A stretch of 64,000 nucleotides of DNA, taken from the NCBI GenBank assembly GCA_964591485.1, contig CAZQDE010000005.1, forward strand, positions 6,625-70,624, given 5' to 3'. Source of the DNA: an uncultured Anaerolineaceae bacterium. Lineage in GTDB: Bacteria; Chloroflexota; Anaerolineae; Anaerolineales; E44-bin32. Below, piece after piece: positions 40,421-49,000 of this stretch (its first letter is position 1; each line of letters begins with the position of its first letter). The notes beneath the pieces were generated by a model. The model ran no database searches and was not told the origin of the DNA. It was given only the letters and a program-made list of their open reading frames with translations. The position numbers and the translations under genes are program-made.

Positions 40421-41206
40421 TCAGAACACCGGTGGGTGTTCGGTTCTCTTTTCGCTCACCTTCCGCAGGAACCCGGGCGATCGCAAGCCCCGCTCCAGAA
40501 GGTAGCTCATGAAGCCCTCCATGAGATGGTCCAGCTCGTCCTGCACCTGCAGGTGGATGTGGATGCCCTCGACGGCCTCAAAGCCGCTCCGCTGGAAATG
40601 GCGCAGGACCTTCAACGCGCTCAGGCTTATGGGCCGCGCCTCCTGGTCCCCGCGTCCACATTTCTGACAGAGAATTCCACCTTGGGAGAGTTTGAAGAAC
40701 TGCGCCTGCGGCCGGACGGCCTCACCGCAACCCACGCAGCGGAAGAGCTCCGGTCTGTATCCCATCAAGTCCAATAGGCGCAGCTCAAAGTGACGCACCA
40801 CGGCATGCGCATCCAAACCCTGATCCAGACGTCCAAGCGATCCGGCCAGCAAATCGTAGAGCCCAGGGTGGGCTTCGCCCTCGGGGGCAAATCCATCCAC
40901 CAGTTCCGCCAGGTAGGATCCTTTGGCGACCAGCACCAAGTCTTCGCGCAGACACGGGTACAACTGGATGGCCTCAGCCTGCGTGATGACATCCAGCTCC
41001 CGGCCCCGGGCGATCATCAGCCTAACCCGTGCGAGCAGCTCCAGGTGGCCGGACTTCCTCGAGCGGGGCCGCCGGACGCCCTTGGCAACTGCCCGCAGCC
41101 GGCCATGCTCCCTTGTGTACAGCGTGATCAGGCGGTCGGCCTCGCCCAATTCCCGGCGCCGCAGGACCACGCCCTCAGCCCGATAAAGGCGTTCTCGCTC
41201 CCGCAT
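40421..41206 (-). CDS. recO: DNA repair protein RecO
   Basis: [43 protein letters not shown] is the OB-fold N-terminus. CVGCG...CQKCG provides the zinc motif. I chose the ATG at 41206. Confidence 0.9.
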   Translation of the reverse strand: MRERERLYRAEGVVLRRRELGEADRLITLYTREHGRLRAVAKGVRRPRSRKSGHLELLARVRLMIARGRELDVITQAEAIQLYPCLREDLVLVAKGSYLAELVDGFAPEGEAHPGLYDLLAGSLGRLDQGLDAHAVVRHFELRLLDLMGYRPELFRCVGCGEAVRPQAQFFKLSQGGILCQKCGRGDQEARPISLSALKVLRHFQRSGFEAVEGIHIHLQVQDELDHLMEGFMSYLLERGLRSPGFLRKVSEKRTEHPPVF

Positions 41207-41336
41207 GGCGCGATTATACCAGCGCCTCTCAATTCTCCCGCATAGGGACGGCACCCGCCCAGCCAATTAAAGGCCAATGCGAGCGCCCATCCCGCGACGC
41301 TCGCATCCCTTTCGGCCGACTTGACTGGATCCACGA

Positions 41337-41750
41337 TCAGGCAGCGCCGTCCAGATCCTCCGGGCGGAATGCCTGTGGCAAGAGCCCGCCTACGGTGGTC
41401 TCAAGCACCACTTCGCCTTTCGCGTTGACCGCCAGCACCTCGGTCGCCAATCCGAACTCCGACAGAACCTGTCGGCAGGCACCGCAGGGAGAGCCACCGT
41501 TCTCTGTGGCAACCACGATGGCTTGGAAACCCTTCTCCCCCTCGGTGACAGCCCGGAAGACTGCATTTCTCTCAGCACACATGCTCAGGGGATAGGAAGC
41601 ATTTTCGACATTGACTCCCAGGTAAACCCCGCCCGATTCAGCAAGCAATGCGGCCCCCACGGCGTAGTGCGAATAAGGCACATAAGCTCGTTCCCGCACC
41701 TCCAGGGCGCGTTGGATGAGCTCACTCCTTTGCTGCGGTGTGATTGGCAT
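41337..41750 (-). CDS. cdd: Cytidine deaminase (small homotetrameric type)
   Basis: HYAVGAALL...CAERNAVF...SPCGACRQVLSEF are the zinc-ligand motifs. I chose the ATG at 41750 (MPITPQQ), which overlaps the upstream gene end by 29 nt. Confidence 0.9.
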   Translation of the reverse strand: MPITPQQRSELIQRALEVRERAYVPYSHYAVGAALLAESGGVYLGVNVENASYPLSMCAERNAVFRAVTEGEKGFQAIVVATENGGSPCGACRQVLSEFGLATEVLAVNAKGEVVLETTVGGLLPQAFRPEDLDGAA

Positions 41751-43014
41751 CGACCTCTTTCTCCATGTCCGTAGCTTCCATGCGCCGGGCGCGCACCTTG
41801 CGGATGCGGCGACCTGCCACTTGCTCGACGACCAACCGCAGCCCGCCGGACTCGACGGTCTCGCCCGGGACCGGCACTTTGCCCAGCTGGCTGTAGATGA
41901 AGCCCCCCAGCGTCTCACTGGTTTCCTTGGGCAGGTTTGCGCCCGTCATCTGATTCACATCATCCAAGTCGATCCCGCCGCTGAAGACAAATTCGCCCTC
42001 GCTCACTTCCTCATAGCGCATCTCTTCCGCGTAGTCGTATTCATCCAGAATCTCGCCGACGATTTCCTCGACGATATCCTCAATCGTGACCAATCCCGCC
42101 GTGCCCCCATACTCGTCCACAACAATGGCCATATGCACCCGGCGAGCCTGCATCTCCGCCAACAGGTCATCGAGCTTTTTCGCCTCGGGGACGAAGTATG
42201 CCTCGCGAAGCAGATCCGCCACGACTCGGTCCGTCTCACCTGCCCGCCAGGCAGCCAGCAGATCCTTGATATAGACCAACCCGATGACGTGGTCGATCGA
42301 TTCGACATAGACCGGGGCGCGCGAGTGGCCAGTGCGCAGAAGCTCATCCGTGGCTTGGGCCAGCGTCGTGCTGCGTTCGAAAGCCAGGATATCGATTCGT
42401 GGAACCATGACCTCGCGGGCGAGCGTGTTATCGAGCTGGAAGATGGAGTAGATCATGGCCTTCTCCTCTTCCTCGATGACACCTTCCTCCTCGCCTGCGT
42501 CGACGAGCGTCATGATCTCCTCTTCCGTCACCAGTGGATGGGCGCCCTCACCGCCAGGACTGGAGATACCTCTGGCCAGCGATAAGAGTGCCCCTCCGAG
42601 GGGTCCCAGGATGCGCACCAGGATTGCCACGACCGGCGCCAAACGCAGAGCCCAGCGTTCGGGCCCTCGAAGGACCAGATTCTCGATGAAGAACTCGATC
42701 AACCCAATTGCCAGCCCGACCCCCAGCAGCACCGCCGCCAGCACCCCGGCCGATTCGAGCGGCAGGAATAGCAGGATTCCGAGGCCGAGCAATGTCAGGC
42801 GGGTGATTGTTTGCCCGATCCGCAAGGAAAGGATCAGGCGCCGGGCTTCCGTGAGCACCGTCACCGCCAGCGCGCTGCGCCGCGGGGCGCTCTCCTCGAA
42901 CCCTTTCAGTTGGGAAAGCCGGCTGTTAACGAAGGCGCTGCGCGAGGCCGCGAGCAGGATATCCAGCAGCACAGCCGCCCCCAGACCCAGGCCGGCAAAG
43001 ATGGGATCGATCAC
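41722..43014 (-). CDS. CNNM/CorC/TlyC-family protein (DUF21 membrane domain + CBS pair + CorC_HlyC)
   Basis: N-terminal hydrophobic DUF21-like region, CBS-type segments (VMVPRIDILAF...; HMAIVVDEYGGTAGLVTIEDIVEEIVGEILDEYD) and a C-terminal transporter-associated domain. Confidence 0.88.
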   Translation of the reverse strand: MIDPIFAGLGLGAAVLLDILLAASRSAFVNSRLSQLKGFEESAPRRSALAVTVLTEARRLILSLRIGQTITRLTLLGLGILLFLPLESAGVLAAVLLGVGLAIGLIEFFIENLVLRGPERWALRLAPVVAILVRILGPLGGALLSLARGISSPGGEGAHPLVTEEEIMTLVDAGEEEGVIEEEEKAMIYSIFQLDNTLAREVMVPRIDILAFERSTTLAQATDELLRTGHSRAPVYVESIDHVIGLVYIKDLLAAWRAGETDRVVADLLREAYFVPEAKKLDDLLAEMQARRVHMAIVVDEYGGTAGLVTIEDIVEEIVGEILDEYDYAEEMRYEEVSEGEFVFSGGIDLDDVNQMTGANLPKETSETLGGFIYSQLGKVPVPGETVESGGLRLVVEQVAGRRIRKVRARRMEATDMEKEVDANHTAAKE

Positions 43015-43015
43015 G

Positions 43016-44359
43016 TTACCTCAACTTTCGGATGACCCTGGCCGGGACCCCGACCGCCAGGCTGTGATCAGGAACATCTTTGGTGACCACCGATCCAGCC
43101 CCCGTGCGCGCCCCGGCACCGATTCGTACTGGCGCCACCAGCATGGTATCGCTGCCGATGAAAGCGTCAACCCCGATCACCGTTCGGTGCTTTCGCTCGC
43201 CATCGTAATTGCAGGTGATAGTCCCGGCACCGATGTTGACGCCCTCGCCGATCTCGGCATCTCCGATGTAGGAAAAGTGACCCATTTTCACACCCGGGCC
43301 CAGCGTGCTGTTCTTCACCTCGCCGAAATTGCCCATATGGACGCCGCGCCCGAGATGCGCGCCCTGGCGCAGATGGGCAAAGGGGCCGACCTCGACCTCC
43401 TCCTCCAGCACCGCCCCCTCCACGACAGAGTGTTCCAGGTGGCAACGATCCCCGATCTGGGAATCATGCACGCTGGTGTTGGGGCCTACCCTGCAACCCC
43501 GTCCAATGACCGTGCGGCCCGTCAGATGGGTGTTGGGCAGAATAATCGTGTCCCTCGCGATCTCAACCTGCGGGCCGATATACGTATTCGCCGGGTCGAG
43601 AATCGTCACGCCCTCCAGCATCCACCGCTGGTTGATTCGCTGCCGCAATGCGGCTTCCGCCTGGGCCAAATGGACGCGGGTATTGATGCCAATGATTTCG
43701 TCTTCTGTTTTCACCGAGGCGGTCACGATCTCCAACCCCTGCTCAGCCGCCAGGCCCACAAGGTCGGTGAGGTAGTACTCACCCTTTGGCGATAGCGGCA
43801 GCTTGGACAGGTTCTCCCAAAGCCAATCGCATTGAATGCAATAGGCGCCAACATTGAGCTCGCGGATGCTCAGCTCCTCGGGCGTGGCATGAGCCTCTTC
43901 CACGATGCCAGTCACCCTTCCGCTGCGATCGCGTTTCACCCGCCCAAAGCCGCGCGAGGTTGGCGATTCGGCCACCAGCAGGGTCAGCTTCGAGCCAGAC
44001 TCCTCACGCGCAGCAACCAGGGCCTGCAGCGATTCCGGCCGGATCAGCGGCAGGTCCGCATGCGTGATCAGGAGGGCCTCGGTCTTCCCTTTCAGCGCGG
44101 CTTCGGCCTGCGCCACCGCATGCCCCGTTCCCAAACGCTCTTTCTGGATGATGACCTCGAAGGATTCCTCCAGGTCCCGCCAGCGATCTCTTGCTTCTGG
44201 CCCCAAGACCACATAGGGCCGCTTCCCCACCGCCTGGCGGCACGCCTCAATCGACCAGGAGAGCATCGGGCGGCCACCGAGAGCGTGAAAGACCTTGGGC
44301 AAATCCGATTTCATGCGTGTTCCCAGCCCTGCGGCCAGGATGAGCGCCTCAAGCGGCAT
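43016..44359 (-). CDS. glmU: Bifunctional UDP-N-acetylglucosamine pyrophosphorylase / glucosamine-1-phosphate N-acetyltransferase
   Basis: LILAAGLGTRMKSDLPKVFH is the nucleotidyltransferase motif. The C-terminal left-handed beta-helix hexapeptide repeats include GDRCHLEHSVVEGAVLEEEVEVGPFAHLRQGAHLGRGVHMGNFGEV. I chose the ATG at 44359 with TGGAG upstream. Confidence 0.93.
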   Translation of the reverse strand: MPLEALILAAGLGTRMKSDLPKVFHALGGRPMLSWSIEACRQAVGKRPYVVLGPEARDRWRDLEESFEVIIQKERLGTGHAVAQAEAALKGKTEALLITHADLPLIRPESLQALVAAREESGSKLTLLVAESPTSRGFGRVKRDRSGRVTGIVEEAHATPEELSIRELNVGAYCIQCDWLWENLSKLPLSPKGEYYLTDLVGLAAEQGLEIVTASVKTEDEIIGINTRVHLAQAEAALRQRINQRWMLEGVTILDPANTYIGPQVEIARDTIILPNTHLTGRTVIGRGCRVGPNTSVHDSQIGDRCHLEHSVVEGAVLEEEVEVGPFAHLRQGAHLGRGVHMGNFGEVKNSTLGPGVKMGHFSYIGDAEIGEGVNIGAGTITCNYDGERKHRTVIGVDAFIGSDTMLVAPVRIGAGARTGAGSVVTKDVPDHSLAVGVPARVIRKLR

Positions 44360-44498
44360 GGCATGCTCCAGAGAACGCAATGGTCCGCGCAATGCCCGCG
44401 CCAGGGGGCGCAGGCGATAGAACCGGCTGCAAATCGTCCGGGTTGACGAAGGGGGGATCGTCCTCAGATACGGGTTTCAAGGCCTTCTTCAAACGTCA

Positions 44499-44571
44499 GG
44501 CTGGGGCGCCAGGATTCGAACCTGGATCAACGGATCCAAAGTCCGGTGTGCTGCCTTTACACCACGCCCCA
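44499..44571 (-). tRNA. tRNA-Gln (anticodon UUG)
   Basis: My reverse complement reads TGGGGCGTGGTGTAAAGGCAGCACACCGGACTTTGGATCCGTTGATCCAGGTTCGAATCCTGGCGCCCCAG(CC). It has a 7-bp acceptor stem with U1:A72, a T-arm CCAGG-TTCGAAT-CCTGG and an anticodon loop CTTTGGA. The 3' CCA is only partly encoded (CC then T). Confidence 0.85.
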
Positions 44572-44649
44572 ATGGACCCGCCGCAACGCGGGCGACGAGA
44601 ATTGTAACATACGTGCTCCGGGACTCCGCCGCGGAGCCCACAGGGCCGC

Positions 44650-44841
44650 CTACCGAGCACCCTCCTCATCGAGGAGTCCCTCCTCCCGCGCCTGCTCATA
44701 AGTCAGGAAATCCTCGCCCAGGTCCTCCTCGAGTGATGTTCCGGAGGAAGCATTATCCCAGAACCGCTCGGCATCCTCGCGCTTGACTTGTCCGGCCTCC
44801 TGGAGCAAGTCCTCTCCGCCCTCGAATTCCTCTTCAGCCAT
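44650..44841 (-). CDS. Hypothetical small acidic protein (63 aa)
   Basis: MAEEEFEGGEDLLQEAGQVKREDAERFWDN...EEGLLDEEGAR. The ATG is preceded by GAGCGGAGA and third-position GC is high. I recognise no family. Confidence 0.45.
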   Translation of the reverse strand: MAEEEFEGGEDLLQEAGQVKREDAERFWDNASSGTSLEEDLGEDFLTYEQAREEGLLDEEGAR

Positions 44842-44940
44842 TCTCCGCTCACCATCTTGTCAACTGCCGCATGGAACCCGCAGACTCATCATACCCTCAA
44901 TCGCCACGGTCGCGCAAAGCCAGGGTCGGGCTGCATGGCT

Positions 44941-46032
44941 CTAAACCCCGAACTGCCTTGCCAGGGGAGGGACATGGCCCTCACGGCCTTGATAGAGCCA
45001 GCAACGTACTGCGCGGCCCGAAGGGGCGCGGATCCAATCCGGCATATAGTGCTCGCATACTTCCAGCGATAATTTCCTGCGCGCCTCACAGCGGGGGGCG
45101 AAGCGGCACCCTGGAGGAATATCCGCCGGATCGGGCACCGTGCCCGGAATGGCGCGCAATGGCCTGTGATCAGGCGGGGGAAGCGAGGCCAATAGTCCCT
45201 GCGTGTAGGGATGGAGCGGATTGCGAAAAATGTCCACCACCTCAGCTTCTTCCACCAGTTGACCCGCGTAGAGGACTCCAATCCGGTCGGCGTTGCCTGC
45301 CATCACGCCGAGATCATGCGTAATGAGGAGCATCGAGGTCGCCTGCGCCACGCGCAACCGCCGGAGGATCTCCAGGATCTGGGCCTGAATGGTGGGGTCG
45401 AGCGCGGTGGTGGGTTCGTCGGCGATGATCAGGTCCGGCTGCATTGCAAGCGCCATGGCGATCATCACGCGTTGTGACTGCCCCCCAGAGAGCTCATGTG
45501 GATAGCTGCGCATGCGCTGTTGGGCATCTGGAATTTCCATCTGGCTCAGGAGGTCTTTCGCTTGCGTCCATGCCTCCTGGCGGCCCAGGCCGCGGTGAAT
45601 CTGCAGCACCTCCGCCAGCTGGCTACCGATGCTGAAGACCGGATTCAATCGCACTTGGGGATCCTGAAAAATCAGGCAGATGCGGTCCCCGCGCAGCGAA
45701 GCCCAGCCGGCCTCATCCAGTTCGAGTAGCGCAAGCCCATCGAAGCGGATTTTTTCAGCCACCACCTCGCCCGGTGGCTCGATCAGGCCCATGATGGAGA
45801 GGGCAGTGACTGTCTTGCCGGAGCCAGATTCGCCCACAAGACCATAGGCCTCGCCCCGCCGGATGAAGAAGTCGACCCCATCGACTGCCCGCACAATCCC
45901 GCGCGGCAGGCGAAAATGGGTCCGCAGCCCTTCCACCTCAAGCAAGAGTGAACTGGCATCGGCCACGGAAAGGCTATCTCTTCCAGGATGAGATTGAAGA
46001 CCTTGCGGCGAGCAGTGTGAGTTGAGACGCAT
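44941..46032 (-). CDS. Opp/Dpp-type ABC transporter ATP-binding protein (third ATPase of the locus)
   Basis: Walker A GESGSGKT, signature LSGGQSQR and Walker [15 protein letters not shown]-terminal oligopeptide-ATPase extension carries CRFAPRC. I chose the ATG at 46032, which forms an ATGA overlap with the stop of the fused permease gene. Confidence 0.9.
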   Translation of the reverse strand: MRLNSHCSPQGLQSHPGRDSLSVADASSLLLEVEGLRTHFRLPRGIVRAVDGVDFFIRRGEAYGLVGESGSGKTVTALSIMGLIEPPGEVVAEKIRFDGLALLELDEAGWASLRGDRICLIFQDPQVRLNPVFSIGSQLAEVLQIHRGLGRQEAWTQAKDLLSQMEIPDAQQRMRSYPHELSGGQSQRVMIAMALAMQPDLIIADEPTTALDPTIQAQILEILRRLRVAQATSMLLITHDLGVMAGNADRIGVLYAGQLVEEAEVVDIFRNPLHPYTQGLLASLPPPDHRPLRAIPGTVPDPADIPPGCRFAPRCEARRKLSLEVCEHYMPDWIRAPSGRAVRCWLYQGREGHVPPLARQFGV

Positions 46033-49000
46033 CAGTAGTCGATTTCGCGGCCCATGATCATCAACGCTAGCGCAACCGCCTTTCCGGCGCGCTCCAATTT
46101 TTCTTCGCTGATCTTCTCGACCACATCCGCGTTCGTCAGGGAATCCTGCTCCCATCCTTCCCACGAAACGAGGATGCGCGGCGCTTCCTCTGCGCTCTCC
46201 CTGGAGCTTCCTTGGCGGTATACAGCGCTCAGATCGATGTCGTCGCTTCGCATACTGATCGGCAGGCCCAATCGCCGCGTGACATCCTCGAAGAGGTCTG
46301 CCAGGCGCAAGCTGCCGCCGCTGAGCAATTCTATGCCCGCGCCCTCGCCTGCCCCGAGCCCGCGTAGCTCAACCACCGCCTCCGGAACCAGATTCCTGGC
46401 AAAGCCCGCCTTGGCCTGCAACAGCCGCGAGACCTCAGGCCGCGGAACCGGGAGGCCGGACTCCATCCCCTCCCCGCTATAGGCCACAAAGAGAAAGGTC
46501 CGCTTGGGCTGGTAGCCGCTCTCTTGCATGACCCGGATGGCCTCCAACAGGACCGCCACGCCGCTGGCGTTATCGTTGGCCCCCTGCGGGACCTCGCCAT
46601 CCGGCGGCAAAGGTGGCGCATCATACTTCGCCATGACGACAATCAAGCGCTCATCCATCTTGGTCGCACCGGTGGCCGCTTCACCAGGCCAATGCCCGAT
46701 GACGTGTTGCATGGGTTCCTTCTCATAGATCGTGCCTTCCACCTGCATCCCCACATCGACACCGGTTTCGACCTGCATGATCTCGTCCTGGACCAGCCGG
46801 CTGGCCTGCGAGCGAAGGCTCTGTACGGTCTCACCGGTCCTCTCCAGGATACGGTTGGCGAGTCCCTCGCTGATCATGAGGACAGGTGTTTCGCGACCAA
46901 TCTCCCGGCCGGTACCATAGATCCGGGCTCTAGCGCTGCGCGGTGAGAGCGTGAAGTTCCGTTGAAGATCGCGCGGATCTTCGGCGACTACGAGCGCACC
47001 GGCATGAGGGATCTCATGGAGATAGACAATATCATCCGGCGAGAGCACCATGAGAATCTCATCCTCAAAGCTGAGATCTTGCATCGCAGGATAATAGCCG
47101 TAGAAGCGTGTCCGCGTGGGGTCGCCGAAGGCCATCACCCGCACCGGTCCCAGGACTGCGCCCAAGCTGCGGAAGGGTGCGGCAAAGGCGTTGTAGTCGC
47201 GCCCATACACAGGCGGGCCGCCGCCGTCATCCACGACCAGGCAGGGCACCGCATCCAGACTTTCGAACTCCCGCTGGCGTGTTAGGAAGTAGGTCCCGCG
47301 CTGCCCGGCAGGTTGCAGGCCCAGATTCTCAAACTGGTCGGCTATCCATTGAGCTGCCACCTGCGGACCAAGCGTGCCCAGGGCTCTGCCCTCCACCGCC
47401 GGGGTGGTGAGCGCTTCGACCGTTCGTAGCGCGTTGGCACCGCTGAAGGCCTCCGCTCGCTCGCGGTAGATCGAGATGCTTCCGGTGCTGCCACGCAGCC
47501 AGGTCGCCCCAGCGACAAAGACAACCACCGCTGCCAGGCTATAGCGGTTGAATACCCGATGGAGGCGGACGCCCTCCTCGGTGACGAGCCTGCGCATCCC
47601 TTCGCCGAACAGGTTGAAGGCCAGGATGGCCAGGAAAAACGCCGTCGCCGGGTAGAATGCCGTCCATGGATAGCTCTGAGCGTAGAGGCGCACATTGCTC
47701 AACAGTGCCGCCCACTCCGGCACGTCGGAATAGTGATATGGAGGAGCGTCGATGATCAATTCTGCGTACGCGCCACCGCCGATGAAGACACCCACGAACC
47801 CCAGCTCGCCAAGGATCATCAACACTGCCCCCATCTCGAGTGCCGCCAGAGATAGCAGAGTAGGGACTAGATTGGGGAGCACATGTTTGGTGATGATGCC
47901 GGAAGTGCCGCGCCCGATGGCGATGGCGCTCTCGATGAAAGTCTTGGGGCGCATGGCGAGCACCTCGCCCCGGACGTACTGCATGATCTCACCCCAGCCG
48001 ATCAGGCCCAGCGCCACCAAAAAGGGCATAAAGCCGCGCCGGATCCCCATCGCCAGGATGAGGACCATCGCCAACAGCAGCGGCGGGTAGGCGAAGAGCG
48101 TCTCAGCAAGCCCCATAATCGCCCGGTCGAGCCAGCTATCCCTGCGCCAGCCCGCCAGCGCTCCCAAAATGAAGCCCACCGTCAGGCGCACGGCGACCAC
48201 CGCCGCCGCCAAGCGCATGGTCTGCCAGGCGCCCGCCATGACGAGACTCTTCACATCCCGTCCAAGCAAATCCGTTCCCCAGACATACTCCTCCCCGGGC
48301 TCAAAGGGCGGAATCAGGAACTCCCCATCCACGATTTGCAGGCCGAGCGTGGTGTACGGGTTTCTGGGCGCGAGCTTATGCCCCCAGAGCGTGACCACGA
48401 GCAGGCCGGCCACCGTAAGCCCGCCAAGGATCAATGGAAGGTTCACGAGAATGCTGCGAAGCAAGGGCTTGGGACGCGGCTCCTGAAGATGCGTCTCCAG
48501 CCCCTGGGTCTCACGGCGGGCCAGGATGGCCTTGAACGGGCTCTCGGATCGAGGGGCATTGCGCCTTCGAAGCCAGCGTGTCAGGGGATTCTCGCGCAGC
48601 AGCCCCACCAAACCTGCGCCCAGCTCCCGCAGCCACTCGCGCAGCGCCATGCGCTCCTCAAGACCCACCCGGTCCACCGTGCCCCGCAGGCGGGGGTCCA
48701 GCAAACGATAAAGCACATCCAACATTAGATTGACGACGATGAAGAGCGCGCCCAGGCAAAGCACCAGAATGACCGTGAGGTTGTCGTCCTGCTGGGAAAT
48801 ACCCCGCAGCAAATAGAAGCCGAGACCTGACCATCCGAAAAAGGCTTCCACGACGGGCAGGCTGCTGAGCGAGAAGCGCAAGGACAGTCCCACCGTGGTT
48901 ACAATGGGAATGGCTGCATTGCGCATTACATGTTTCCACATCACCCAGCGCGGGCCCAGGCCCTTGCTCCATGCGGTGCGAACGTAGTCCTGCTCATAGA

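Noticed and set aside
42455-43795. 446-aa plus-strand ORF, with similar long antisense or alternative-frame ORFs at 51878..52978, 47883..48728, 23141..23992, 19051..20208 and 29321..30151
   Set aside because: Each lies opposite to, or out of frame within, a gene with strong family motifs (CNNM/glmU, dppB, fused permease, nuoL, nuoN, nuoF). Their compositions are Arg/Pro/Gly/His-skewed, as expected for non-coding frames in GC-rich sequence.
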